The notes: generated by a model from the sequence alone, not told the origin. DNA of 63,991 nucleotides, filler included, from an uncultured bacterium (GCA_964609495.1; 4 parts of 4 records of this genome joined end to end with filler, not necessarily neighbours in it), one strand, 5' to 3'; positions 50,556 to 61,510 are shown, numbered from the whole stretch's first letter. Translations and numbers: made by a program.

Positions 50556-51719
50556 TTATCTCACTCCCATCGCCCCTCTAAGCACTCTCGATAGCCATCC
50601 CTCCCTTAATTCTATAGCTCGATGAGGACAAAGCTCGTGACAACAATAGCATTTAATACAAACGTTATAATCTATAGATGGAGTTTCCCCTATCATCTTC
50701 ATTGCCTTAGGAGGACAGTTCTTTACACATATCTGGCAACCTCTACATTTATCTTTGTCTATATAAGGTTTAACCACCACTGAATTTTTGAGCCAAGATC
50801 TTAAAAAAGATGGAAGGGATTTAGTCCAATCTCCTTCTCTAAGAGGATATCTGAAGTTGTCTATCCTCATCTCACCATTGCCCAATACCTTTATCTTCTC
50901 CGGGCTTTCCGCGCTTAATCCCCACTCAAATCCTCTCTTATTAGTAGGAATACTTAGCGGAGGAAGTCCCACTATCTCAGCCGCTACTGAATCTAAGGCT
51001 ATTCCATCCTCGCTCACTAAAATAGCTCCTATTGCTCGTGGATCTCCAGCCGAAGGGCCGTCCCCCTCCATCCCTACTATCGCATCCATTACGTTTAAGG
51101 TGGGATTGGTGAGGGTATATAGATCAACTAACATTCCTGAGAAAACTTCTACATTCGACATCCTCAGGTGATACTCCGCTTTTCTGAAGCCGGGTATAGC
51201 TCCGAACATATTTTTTACCGCTCCAGTTAGGCGAGTAAAACCATGGGTCTTCAGTTTCGGTAAGTTGATGATAACATCTGCTTCTAAAACCGCCTTAGCT
51301 ATTATGAATCTCTTAGTTATTCTTCCCTCCGGGAAGGGCACTTCTTCGTAGTCCTCATCAAAATAGACGATCTCAGCGGAAGTCTCATCTGCTACATCTC
51401 TGTATCCAGCTATCGACATCATCCTCTCATAACTTGTGGGAGTATTCATCCTTCCTCCACCTGGACTATCTCCTATAAGTGGCTTTCCTCCCACCTCTTG
51501 AACTAATTCTATCATCGCTTGAACTACAGTCGGATGGGTAGTAACAGCTTCTGAGGGCGGTTTTCCCATCAGAAGATTAACTTTTAATAGAACTTTATCT
51601 CCCTCTTTTATTATCTTGTCTAAATCGCCATCTAAAACTAGATTTATCGCTTTTCGTAGCGCTTCCTTAACCTCGGAAAGATCATATTTTGAACAGCTTA
51701 TGACAGAAACTTGAGACAT
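50556..51719 (-). CDS. DUF362 protein with C-terminal 2x[4Fe-4S] domain
   Basis: VLLK.NLL, TTHP, NLPKLKTH, KN.FG..PG, MEG.GP..G; CRGCQIC...CP and CIKCYCC..CP. Confidence 0.9.
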   Translation of the reverse strand: MSQVSVISCSKYDLSEVKEALRKAINLVLDGDLDKIIKEGDKVLLKVNLLMGKPPSEAVTTHPTVVQAMIELVQEVGGKPLIGDSPGGGRMNTPTSYERMMSIAGYRDVADETSAEIVYFDEDYEEVPFPEGRITKRFIIAKAVLEADVIINLPKLKTHGFTRLTGAVKNMFGAIPGFRKAEYHLRMSNVEVFSGMLVDLYTLTNPTLNVMDAIVGMEGDGPSAGDPRAIGAILVSEDGIALDSVAAEIVGLPPLSIPTNKRGFEWGLSAESPEKIKVLGNGEMRIDNFRYPLREGDWTKSLPSFLRSWLKNSVVVKPYIDKDKCRGCQICVKNCPPKAMKMIGETPSIDYNVCIKCYCCHELCPHRAIELREGWLSRVLRGAMGVR

Positions 51720-51899
51720 TTACCGCTTCCTCTCAGAATTTTATTGATACATTATATATCCTAGAATAACATAAAAGGCTTAGAAATGCAACAGCTTTTT
51801 TTCTCATAGATTCGACTTATTCGCCCTAAAGTTGGGTATATGGAATATAGGATGGGCTTAATTATTTCGCTATTATCTATTACGAAAGGAAAGAGTGTA

Positions 51900-52094
51900 T
51901 TGAAAGTGGGCAGGGACGATTATAAGGAGACTGGAGGAGATGAGAAGAAAGGGAGGATAAAAAGGAGAAGATTCTCCCAATTGGATTTATTCGAGGATAG
52001 ATGCGATAATTGTGGAAACTACGGAACTTTTAGGAAGGTGAGCGGTATGAAGAGATGTTATATATGTGGGCATTTCAAAGATTGGGGAAATTAG
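51900..52094 (+). CDS. Small Zn-ribbon protein with a QLDLF motif (start uncertain)
   Basis: RRRFSQLDLFEDRCDNCG...KRCYICG; purine-rich coding-like composition. Confidence 0.45.
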   Translation: MKVGRDDYKETGGDEKKGRIKRRRFSQLDLFEDRCDNCGNYGTFRKVSGMKRCYICGHFKDWGN

Positions 52095-52250
52095 ATTCTC
52101 TGAAAAATAAATTGTATTTAGCAAAAAGGAGAGGTTGAATATGTAGAGGTTCTTATGAGGCAAGGAAGTCCAGAGTACCAGCTAAATTGAGAAAATTATT
52201 GGTATAGTAAAATATATTTAGGTATAATGTAAATAGGCAACCGAATATTC

Positions 52251-52332
52251 GATCGGATGGAGGCTATTAACCTATAGTTTGTATTTGGTTACTTGGACAT
52301 AGGCTAGCCAATAGTGAAACCGGCCACTGATT
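52251..52332 (+). ncRNA. Cyclic di-GMP-II riboswitch
   Basis: P1 GATCGG(A)TGG/CCACTGATT; GGCT/AGCC; CCTAT/ATAGG; TGGTTACTT loop pairing with TAGTGAAACCGGCC, which resembles the class II signature TGGGCACTT...TAGTGCAACCGACC; TATAAT at 52223. Confidence 0.78.
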
Positions 52333-52347
52333 AGGGGGTGGTTTTTT
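52322..52347 (+). terminator. Riboswitch expression-platform terminator
   Basis: GGCCACT-loop-GGTGGTT followed by a T tract; overlaps the 3' strand of P1. Confidence 0.65.
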
Positions 52348-52443
52348 AATTCTCTTGAGCTCATTATACTTAGCAGATATATTACCTTCAATAGATTCCA
52401 AAGGTGCATAATTTAATTTCCGAATAATAGAAGGAGAATTAAA

Positions 52444-54790
52444 ATGAGAAAAAAAGCAAATATTTATTTTTTTGTTACTATGGGAAAGCTTTCTCTTGTC
52501 GCTCTGGCAATATTGTGTCTCAACTTCATCGCTAGCTCAACCGGTGAATCAGACACTCTTTCCCCGAAGGCTAGTTCCGCTAGTATAATTGTGGGTACCA
52601 CTGTACTGGGTCAGACAACAAATTATATCGGCGCCACCGAAGCCGGCGGCCTCTACATCGATGATCTTACAGACTTGGGTATCAACACCTACCGGATGTG
52701 GACCAAAATGGCGGAGCTGGAATGGTGGGACGATGACGATGCGATGGATGAACAGTGGGACGATAGTGAGTATGGGACGCCCACGATCGCTGATATTCGC
52801 GCCGATGCCGACAACGACTTCATCAACACTATCCCTTGGGCGTGGTGGGATGCACGTTTCAACGAGGTTCAAGGCTGGCGCTATGGTGAGCAGACGCGTC
52901 GGGGGATCATCGAGAAGCTGGTGCAAAACGGCATCACACCGATCGTCACCTTGCGCACTATAGACGATCAGGGGGATCCGGATTACTGGCCTGGGGTCCG
53001 GTGGGCGCCCAAGCCGCCCGTGGATCAGAATTTTCGCAACGAATGGTGGGAGCACTGTTTCGCCATCGCATACTGGCTCAACGTGCGCAACGACTACGGC
53101 ATCACGCACTTCGAGGTGCTCAATGAGCCGGACTATCCGGGTCAGGGGTGGCAGGATGGCGGCACGCCAGCGGACTATGCGCTACTTGTGTTGGATGCCC
53201 ACGATGCCATCAGCTACGCCAATAGTTTCGCCGGTTTGTCAGTCTATATCCACGCCCCGATTGTGGCCAACTACAACAGCTCCTACGTCGCCGATACGCT
53301 GGACAACGCCGACGCCGCGGTGCAGGTGGTGGATTACCACAGCTATGCCACCGACGTCCGTCCCAGTATCACCGGCATCCGCAATACAATCAACAACCAT
53401 AACCCGGACGGCGTCCTGGAGCCGATTTGGAACTCCGAATGGGGGGCACTGTGGAGCTCCTACGACACCTTCGACCGGGCGATGCTTACCGCCAACCAGC
53501 TTCTCACTTTCTCCCAAGAGGAGGTCGAAGGCGTTACTATCTTCAATATGTATGATTGGTCCACCGCTGCTGGTGGTGATTATGGGTTGATTGATTTACA
53601 AGATGACGGTGCGGGCGGTGCCAACCGAGTTCCTACCGAGACTTACTATGCGTATCGTCTCATGATTCGGGGCTTGATAGGGGCTAAAGATCGGATGGAG
53701 TTCACTTCCAACGGCGTAAGTGGCGATATCATTGTCACACGGGATGAGGAAAAGTTATACATTATCGTTATAAATGGGGGAGCAACAATCACAGCCGATA
53801 TATCTACCTTGGGCATCGAAAGTGGCACAGTGAAAATTTACGAGTATAGCAGCATCAATAAGGATGTGGTGGTAGCCAATCCTACTATGACTGACGGCCA
53901 GTTCACCTTCACTGCTCCTACCAGTGGCATTTCCCTTGCTGAAGTTACTCCACCACCTGATCCTCCTACTTTAATATCTCCTGATGATGGTTCAACGACG
54001 GATGACAATACCCCGACTTTTGACTGGAGTGATGTGAGTGATGCAGTTCAATATCAGCTTCTAGTAGATAACAACAGTGATTTCAGCGCTCCAGAGATAG
54101 ATACTACTCCTTCCTCTAGCGACTATACTCCTACTAGTTCCCTAACTGATGACACCTACTATTGGAAGGTTCGAGCAAAGGATAATGTTGAAAATTGGGG
54201 TAATTATAGTGGAACTTGGTCCTTCACTATCGATACTAATTACTACTGGTATCTTGGACAGGGATTTGCCGGGACCGGCTGGCAGACTTATATAATGATG
54301 TCTAATCCTAGTGCTTTCTCAGTCAACTACACTGCCACCTTCTACAAGGAAGGAGGAGGAACACCTGTAACTGACTCTGGAGTTATCAATCCCTTCTCTC
54401 GAAGGACGATAGCGGCTCATCTCCTCCCTGGCTTGGAAGATGCCTTCTCTGCCAAGATAGAGACGAGTGCTCCGATAGTAGCAGAGCAGCCGATGTATTG
54501 GAACTGGAGTGGGGGATTCCCCCAAGGAGGACATACCACGATAGGCTCACCTGCCTTATCAGATACCTGGTATTTTGGACAGGGATATGGAGCGAGTGGC
54601 TGGCAAACTTATGTGATGATGACTAATCCTCATAGCTATCCAGTGACCTACGATGCTTACTTCTATAAGGAGGGAGGAGGAACACCTGTAACTGACTCTG
54701 GAGTTATCAATCCCTTCTCTCGAAAGACGATAGCGGCTCATCTCCTCCCTGGCTTGGAAGATGCCTTCTCTGCCAAGATAGAGACGAGTG
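52444..54790 (+). CDS. Secreted clan GH-A (GH39/GH5-like) glycoside hydrolase + Ig/FN3-like domain + two DUF5719-like WYxGQG modules; truncated by contig end
   Basis: Signal peptide; FEVLNEPD acid/base and IWNSEWG nucleophile; PTL.SP.DG....TPTFDW...YYWKVRA; internal repeat ~54240-54470 / ~54565-54790. Confidence 0.78.
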
Positions 54791-54890
54791 NNNNNNNNNN
54801 NNNNNNNNNNNNNNNNNNNNNNNNNNNNNNNNNNTTAATTAATTAANNNNNNNNNNNNNNNNNNNNNNNNNNNNNNNNNNNNNNNNNNNN
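54791..54890. other. Artificial contig linker
   Basis: N44-TTAATTAATTAA-N44. Confidence 0.97.
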
Positions 54891-54945
54891 GGGGGAGTTA
54901 TAATTCGATCTGAAATCATTTTGATCCCCGATTCTATATGCATCC

Positions 54946-55135
54946 CAAGACTAATAAGATGTTGACATTTTTGAGAATTGTGATATAATAAAATTAGTTT
55001 AATTAAACATATTTTGCGATGGAGCGAAGTTAAGGTTACCCTATTATCATAGTATAAAGGAGGTGGTTCTTTTACATTTAGATGTAAAAAGGTGGAAACA
55101 TTCCAAAAATTCATTTTCCAAAGGAGGGAAAAGAA
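54946..55135 (+). promoter_or_regulatory. Duplicated promoter/leader, copy 1: TTGACA-16-TATAAT plus operator palindrome GTTTAATTAAAC
   Basis: TTGACA 54962-54967, TGn-TATAAT 54984-54989, palindrome 54997-55008; near-identical to 58270-58458. Confidence 0.8.
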
Positions 55136-57055
55136 GTGAAAAAGAATTTATTACTTGCTACTTGTCTGGTAGTTGTGTTTGTGCTTGTCTCAGTTCCCCT
55201 GTATGCGGCTGAGATGAAGTTCAACGAAGCTCCTATGTTGAAGGAGTTAGTGGAGGCGGGCGAACTTCCCCCAGTGGAGGAAAGGATACCTGAGGAGCCG
55301 ATGGTTCTAGAGCCACTAGAAGAGATTGGACAGTATGGAGGAACGTTAAATGTGGGAGACTTAGACCCCTTTAATGCCATAGACGCAAGAGAACTACGGA
55401 AGGTTGGTCTGTTTCGATTCTCTATGGATTGCACAGAAATAGTTCCTGAGGCGGCTGAGGGTTACGAGCTCTCCGAGGATAAAAAGACTTTGACCATATA
55501 TCTAAGAAAAGGGCTGAAGTGGTCAGATGGTCATCCCTTTACTGTTGATGATATGCTCTTCCGGTGGGAGGATGAGCTTTTAAACAAGGAGCTTACCCCT
55601 GTTCTGGGGAGCTTTTGGCAACCAGGCGGCGAGCCAATGAAATTTGAAAAGGTAGATGATTATACCCTTCGTATGCACTTTGCTGTGCCATATCCCGCTG
55701 TAATGTCTGATCTGGGTCATTGCTGGTCTTCTGGACAGATGAATCTTTACGATCCAAAACATTATTTGAAAAAGTATCACATAAAGTATAATCCAGAGGC
55801 AGATAAACTGGCAGAAGAGGGGGGTTTTCCTAACTGGTGGAAGTGCTTTGGTGCCTATAGAAATCCTGGTTATTACCGGTGGAACTTAGATGTTGATCTT
55901 CCCACTCTTGATAGATGGATAATAAAAGAGATAACACCTACTTATCAGGTGTGGGAACGAAACCCTTATTTCTGGCAAGTGGATACCGCTGGCAATCAGC
56001 TTCCCTACATCGATAGAATGATCGGCAGGCTGTATGGAAATGTGGAGATGTTAAATATGAAGATAACTAGTGGAGAAGTAGACCTTTCCTGTTTCAACAT
56101 ATTGATGAAGGATTATCCTCTTTTTAAGGAGAACGAGGAGAAGGGAAACTATCGCACGTTCACATTTAAGGCCTGTTTAGGATCAGCGATGACGTATACA
56201 CCTAATCTAAATCATCAAGATCCTGTGATGAGGGAGATCATGCGGGATATTAGGTTCCGCCAAGCCTTATCCTTAGCCATTAACCGGGAGGAAGTTGACG
56301 AGATCATCTTCTATGGACTGGGCACCCCTCGTCAGGCAACCGTTCTTCCTACTACCTCCTACTATAAAGAGGAGTGGGGCGAAGCCTATGCTGAGTATGA
56401 TCCTGATAGAGCTAATGAGCTTCTGGATGAGATGGATCTTGAGTGGGATGCAGAGCATGAGTATCGTCTAAGACCTGATGGCAAAACCATAAGTATTTTG
56501 ATCCAGTTTTATGCCGGAGAGGGACCAAAGACAGAGATTTCCGAACTGGTAAAGGAGTATTGGGAGAAAATTGGGGTAAAAGTAGCTCTTAAGCCTACAG
56601 ATCGTAGTTACTATGCAGATCGGGCCGAGGCAGGCGCCTTAGATATGGGGAGCTGGCATTTGGATTGTGCTACCGAGCTTTTTGCCTATGGGCCTCCTGG
56701 TACTAAAAAATTAACTAATCTTGGCGGCGAAATGTCTCCTGCTGGAGAATGGCAGAGGTGGTATAATACCAAAGGAGAAACGGGTGAAGAGCCTCCCGAG
56801 GAGGTAAAAAGATTTTTCAAGGACGCTGAGGATTGGGCCCTTGCTATGACTAAGGAAGAATATATACGGCTGGCTCAAAAGGTATTCGATTTTCATGCGA
56901 AAAATCTAATTTTCATTGGCACTGTAGGTATGACTCCCTGGCCTGTTACGGCAAAGAATAATCTAAGAAATGTTCCTACAGAAGGTTGGTGGGGCTGGGA
57001 TCCCGATTTCTGGGAGCCTTATGAGCCTGCACAGTTCTTCTTTAAGGAAGAGTAA
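55136..57055 (+). CDS. ABC transporter family-5 solute-binding protein 1
   Basis: EAPML..LV.AGELPPVEER.P, GQYGG, LRKG.KWSDG.PFT.DD, ERNPY...VD..GNQLPYID. Confidence 0.92.
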   Translation: MKKNLLLATCLVVVFVLVSVPLYAAEMKFNEAPMLKELVEAGELPPVEERIPEEPMVLEPLEEIGQYGGTLNVGDLDPFNAIDARELRKVGLFRFSMDCTEIVPEAAEGYELSEDKKTLTIYLRKGLKWSDGHPFTVDDMLFRWEDELLNKELTPVLGSFWQPGGEPMKFEKVDDYTLRMHFAVPYPAVMSDLGHCWSSGQMNLYDPKHYLKKYHIKYNPEADKLAEEGGFPNWWKCFGAYRNPGYYRWNLDVDLPTLDRWIIKEITPTYQVWERNPYFWQVDTAGNQLPYIDRMIGRLYGNVEMLNMKITSGEVDLSCFNILMKDYPLFKENEEKGNYRTFTFKACLGSAMTYTPNLNHQDPVMREIMRDIRFRQALSLAINREEVDEIIFYGLGTPRQATVLPTTSYYKEEWGEAYAEYDPDRANELLDEMDLEWDAEHEYRLRPDGKTISILIQFYAGEGPKTEISELVKEYWEKIGVKVALKPTDRSYYADRAEAGALDMGSWHLDCATELFAYGPPGTKKLTNLGGEMSPAGEWQRWYNTKGETGEEPPEEVKRFFKDAEDWALAMTKEEYIRLAQKVFDFHAKNLIFIGTVGMTPWPVTAKNNLRNVPTEGWWGWDPDFWEPYEPAQFFFKEE

Positions 57056-57083
57056 ATAAGTAAAGATTTTTGATTAAGAAGAG

Positions 57084-57121
57084 GGGAATTCTTGTCCAAG
57101 AAAATCGGGCAGGAATTCCCT
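57084..57121 (+). terminator. Intergenic hairpin between SBP and permease (stabiliser or attenuator)
   Basis: GGGAATTCTTG...CAGGAATTCCC; analogous hairpins at ~60390-60420 and ~63508-63545. Confidence 0.55.
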
Positions 57122-57141
57122 TCTAATTAGGGAAATATAAA

Positions 57142-58140
57142 ATGCTACATTACATTATCCGGCGATTTCTTTATATGATTGTTATTTTATTAGTGCTATC
57201 GGTTGTTGCCTTTATCATTATCCAGCTTCCTCCCGGCGATTATTTAACTTCTTATATAATGAAGTTGAAGGCAACGGGCCAGATTGTTGATGAAACGGAG
57301 ATCGCCTCACTGAGAAAACAATATGATTTAGATTTACCAATGTACCAACAATATCTTATGTGGATGTGGAAAATGCTTCACGGGGATTTTGGGATGTCAT
57401 TTCAGTGGAATAAACCTGTGAGCGAGTTAATAGGGGAGCGGATAGTATTAACAGTAATCATATCCCTTTTCACCCTCACTTTTATCTATATTGTGGCTAT
57501 TCCTATAGGGATTTATTCCGCTACCCATCAATACTCTCTTGGTGATTATACCTTTACTGTATTTGGTTTTGTTGGCTTAGCTACCCCTAACTTTCTCCTC
57601 GCCTTGATATTAATGTTTCTTTTCTTCAAATATTTTGGACTCAGTGTAGGTGGTCTTTTCTCACCGGAGTATGAGTTAGCTCCCTGGAGCTTGGACAAAT
57701 TCGTAGATATGCTAAAGCACCTTCCCATTCCCATAATTGTTATCGGCACGGCTGGCACTGCCTGGCTCATTCGGGTTATGCGGGGATGTCTATTGGATGA
57801 GCTCCGCAAGCAGTATGTTATCACTGCTAGGGCTAAGGGAGTTGCCGAGAGGAGGCTTCTCTTTAGGTATCCAGTAAGGGTCGCGATTAATCCCATAATA
57901 AGCACTATAGGTTGGACACTTCCTACTATCGTCTCTGGCGAAACTATTACCGCGATAGTGCTTAATCTACCTACTACAGGTCCTTTGCTTTTTCGGGCCT
58001 TGGTGAATCAGGATATGTATTTAGCGGGAAGCACCGTTATGTTCTTAAGCTTTCTAACTGTAGTAGGGACCCTTATCTCTGATCTGCTGTTGGTTTGGGT
58101 AGATCCTCGTATTAGATATGAAAAGCAAGGAGGAACTTAA
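57142..58140 (+). CDS. ABC transporter permease, DppB/OppB type, 1
   Basis: IIQLPPGDY, GDFG.S, TARAKG EAA loop, DPRIRY. Confidence 0.92.
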   Translation: MLHYIIRRFLYMIVILLVLSVVAFIIIQLPPGDYLTSYIMKLKATGQIVDETEIASLRKQYDLDLPMYQQYLMWMWKMLHGDFGMSFQWNKPVSELIGERIVLTVIISLFTLTFIYIVAIPIGIYSATHQYSLGDYTFTVFGFVGLATPNFLLALILMFLFFKYFGLSVGGLFSPEYELAPWSLDKFVDMLKHLPIPIIVIGTAGTAWLIRVMRGCLLDELRKQYVITARAKGVAERRLLFRYPVRVAINPIISTIGWTLPTIVSGETITAIVLNLPTTGPLLFRALVNQDMYLAGSTVMFLSFLTVVGTLISDLLLVWVDPRIRYEKQGGT

Positions 58141-58269
58141 AACAATCTATCTCTCGAATTTATTGTGATTCTCTTCAATGGTTATTGAGATATTAAGGGG
58201 GATATAGGATATGTATAACCCAACGAATGAATTCGTAAGTTGGTGATCCTATATCCCTCTTTACTTGTT

Positions 58270-58458
58270 CAAGACTAATAAGAGGTTGACATTTTTGAGA
58301 ATTGTGATATAATAAAATTAGTTTAATTAACATATTTTGTGATGGAGCGAAGTTAAGGTTACCCTATTATCATAGTATAAAGGAGGTGGTTCTTTTACAT
58401 TTAGATGTAAAAAGGTGGAAACGTTCCAAAAATTCATTTTACAAAGGAGAGAAAAGAA
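58270..58458 (+). promoter_or_regulatory. Duplicated promoter/leader, copy 2
   Basis: TTGACA 58286-58291, TATAAT 58308-58313; palindrome lacks one A (GTTTAATTAAC). Confidence 0.8.
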
Positions 58459-60379
58459 ATGAAAGGAAATTTATTACTTACTGTCTGTTTGGTAGTTGTG
58501 TTTGTGCTTGTCTCAGTTCCCCTGTATGCGGCTGAGTATAATGAAGCTCCAATGCTAGCGGAGCTAGTGGAGGCAGGCGAACTTCCTCCAGTGGAGGAGA
58601 GACTACCTGAAGAACCTTTAGTGATAGAACCAATTGAGGAGATTGGGGAGTATGGAGGAACAATTCATACAATTTTTCCTGGTCCCGAGCACTATGGCGA
58701 ACTTGAGATGGCTGCCGAACGCATTCTCCGACTATCTGATGATGGGAAAAGTATAATTCCTAACATCTGCAAAGATTTCGAATTGTCAGAAGATGCAAAA
58801 GCTATAGTTATATATCTGCGAAAGGGAATGAAGTGGTCAGATGGAGCTCCCTTCACTGCCGATGATATAATGTTCTGGTATGAAGATGTTCTCCAGAACA
58901 AGGAACTCACTCCGGCTATATGGTCGGGTTGGCTTCCTGGCGGTGAGCTAATGAAAGNNNNNNNNNNATGATTACACACTCCATCTTAGCTTTGCTGCTC
59001 CCTATCCACTGATAATTAAACGACTCGCCCGGGCAAACGTGACTGATTTCCATCTACCCAAGCACTATCTGAAGAAGTGGCACATAAAATACAATCCCGA
59101 TGCGGATAAGCTAGCCCAAGAGGAAGGATATGATCACTGGTGGCAATTGTTCCAGAGAAAAGCAAATCTTAGTGGTGCTTTAGGTGCTGGAGCAGATCCT
59201 GATTCTCCCACTCTTAAAGCTTTCGTGCTTAGAAAGAAGGGGACTGACTTCGTGATGGCGGAGAGAAATCCCTATTATTGGAAGGTAGATCCTGAGGGCA
59301 ACCAGCTCCCTTATATTGATAGGATCTTCGTTTCTACAGTTGGGGAGAGGGAGATGCTTAGTGCAAAGATAGTAGCTGGAGAAGTCGATCTTGAAGGTCT
59401 CCAGACAGATCTGAAGGATTTACCCCTCTATAAGGATAGCGCCGAACAAGCCAATTACCAGGTGCTTATCTGGAATAGGGTTCAGGGGGTAGATGTTTGC
59501 TACCAACCCAATCAAACTTATGCTGAGGATCTTGTCTTACGAGATATCTTACGAGATGTCAGATTCCGTCGGGCTCTATCGTTGGCTATTGATCGGGATG
59601 ACATTAATGAAGCTATCTACTTTGGATTAGCAACTCCTCGTCAGACGACAGTTATTCCTCAGTCCAAGTATTTTGAACCGGAATTTGCTTCTGCCTATGC
59701 TGAATATGATCTCGACAAGGCTAATGCGCTCCTTGATGAGATGGGTCTGAAGTGGGATGAGAATCACGAGTATCGTCTGCGACCCGACGGTAAGAGGCTC
59801 TCTATAATCCTTGAATATGCTGAAATGGAGACGCCTAAAACTCCTACTAGTGAGCTTATTAAGGAGTATTGGAAAGATATCGGGGTTGATCTTAGCGTAA
59901 AGATGATAACTGGAGAGTTAGACTCGATACGTTATATGGGAAATCTAGTTCAAATGGGCTTGTGGCATGCCGATAGATGTGGATTTCTCTTTGATACCGA
60001 GCCTTTCTGGTGGGTTCCTATGCGATACCAATGGGAGTGCACCTGGGCTCCCTTATGGGCTCGATGGTATGAAACAGGAGGGGAAGCAGGGGAAGAGCCT
60101 CCAGAGGAAGTAAAGAAGAATATAGAGCGATGGGAGAGAATGAGAATTACTCCAGACGAAGAGGAAAGGATTCGTTTGGGTAAGGAGATATTGCGCTCCC
60201 AGGCTGAGAATCTCTGGACGATTGGGACTGTAGGCTTGGCTCCTCATCCTGTTATAGTGAGAAATAATTTGCGAAATGTCCCGGAAAAAGCTGTGTTAGG
60301 TTGGGATTACTTCTGGACATTGCCGCAAAAACCGGAGCAATATTTCTTCAAACACCCCCTACTTCCTAGTCAAGAGTAG
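58459..60379 (+). CDS. ABC transporter family-5 solute-binding protein 2 (one gene split by the scaffold gap 58958-58967)
   Basis: N-part ends GELMK and resumes DYTLHLSFAAPYP, matching paralogue MK.EKVDDYT; a 12-nt gap restores the frame. Confidence 0.88.
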
Positions 60380-60444
60380 GTAAGAGAATGAGGATTCCTG
60401 CCAACCAGGCAGGAATCCTCTGTTTCAACGGAGGAATATAAAGG

Positions 60445-61434
60445 ATGCTATTTTATATGATCCGTCGACTTCTCTATATGTTCATTGTTTTATTTATAGT
60501 ATCTATTGTCGCCTTTATCATTATTCAACTTCCTCCTGGCGACTATATAACTTCCTATATCAGACAATTAGCGGAGAGTGGACAAGCTGTTGATGAAGCC
60601 CAAATTGCTTCATTGAGAAAACAATACGACCTTGATTCACCAATGTATCTTCAATATTTTAAATGGATGTGGAAGATGCTTCACGGGAATTTTGGGATGT
60701 CCTTCTCCTGGAATAAACCGGTGAACAAATTAATAGCTGAGCGATTGCCATTAACGGTAATGATATCACTTGTTACCCTTGTTTTTACCTATATTGTCGC
60801 CGTTCCCATCGGGATTTATTCCGCTACTCATCAGTATTCTCTTGGTGATTACACCTTCACTGTATTTGGTTTTGTTGGCTTAGCCACTCCTAATTTTCTC
60901 CTCGCTTTGATATTAATGTTCCTTTTTTATAAATATTTTGGTCTTAGTGTAGGTGGTCTTCTCTCACCCCATTTTAAGCTAGCTTCCTGGAGTTTCGCGA
61001 AATTTGTCGATCTGTTAAAGCATCTTCCTATTCCTATAATAGTTATTGGCACGGCTGGTACAGCCGGTCTCATTCGAGTTATGCGCGGATGTCTATTGGA
61101 TGAACTTCGCAAACAATATGTCATCACTGCTAGGGCTAAAGGAGTGGCGGAGAGGAAGCTTCTCTTCAAGTATCCAGTGAGGGTCGCGATTAATCCTATA
61201 ATAAGCACTATAGGTTGGACCCTTCCTGCTATTGTCTCTGGGGAAACTCTCACGGCGATAGTCCTTAGCCTGCCCACTATGGGTCCTTTGCTTTTCCGAG
61301 CTCTATTGAGTCAAGATATGTATTTAGCAGGAAGCACTGTTATGTTCCTGACTTTCTTGACGATAATAGGGACCCTTATCTCTGATCTTTTGTTGGTTTG
61401 GGTAGATCCCCGTATTAGATATGAAAGTAAGTAA
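60445..61434 (+). CDS. ABC transporter permease, DppB/OppB type, 2
   Basis: Close paralogue of 57142..58140. Confidence 0.92.
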   Translation: MLFYMIRRLLYMFIVLFIVSIVAFIIIQLPPGDYITSYIRQLAESGQAVDEAQIASLRKQYDLDSPMYLQYFKWMWKMLHGNFGMSFSWNKPVNKLIAERLPLTVMISLVTLVFTYIVAVPIGIYSATHQYSLGDYTFTVFGFVGLATPNFLLALILMFLFYKYFGLSVGGLLSPHFKLASWSFAKFVDLLKHLPIPIIVIGTAGTAGLIRVMRGCLLDELRKQYVITARAKGVAERKLLFKYPVRVAINPIISTIGWTLPAIVSGETLTAIVLSLPTMGPLLFRALLSQDMYLAGSTVMFLTFLTIIGTLISDLLLVWVDPRIRYESK

Positions 61435-61435
61435 T

Positions 61436-61510
61436 GATGATATGATAAAGTTAGTTTAATTAAACATATTTTGCGAGGGAGCGCGAAGTTAAGGTTACTC
61501 TATTATCATA
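61436..61510 (+). promoter_or_regulatory. Duplicated leader, copy 3 (partial), with the operator palindrome
   Basis: TTAGTTTAATTAAACATATTTTGCGA...GAAGTTAAGGTTAC..TATTATCATA retained; TTGACA absent. Confidence 0.65.

Noticed and set aside
52241-52256. CGAATATTCGATCG as a possible LexA box
   Set aside because: Two mismatches to GAAC-N4-GTTC and it overlaps riboswitch P1
52549-53590. Several overlapping long ORFs on both strands within the GH gene
   Set aside because: By-product of high GC content; no motifs or SD sites
58958-58967. Apparent split or frameshift of SBP2 into 170-aa and 446-aa ORFs
   Set aside because: Caused by a 10-N scaffold gap; paralogues indicate ~12 missing bases in one intact gene
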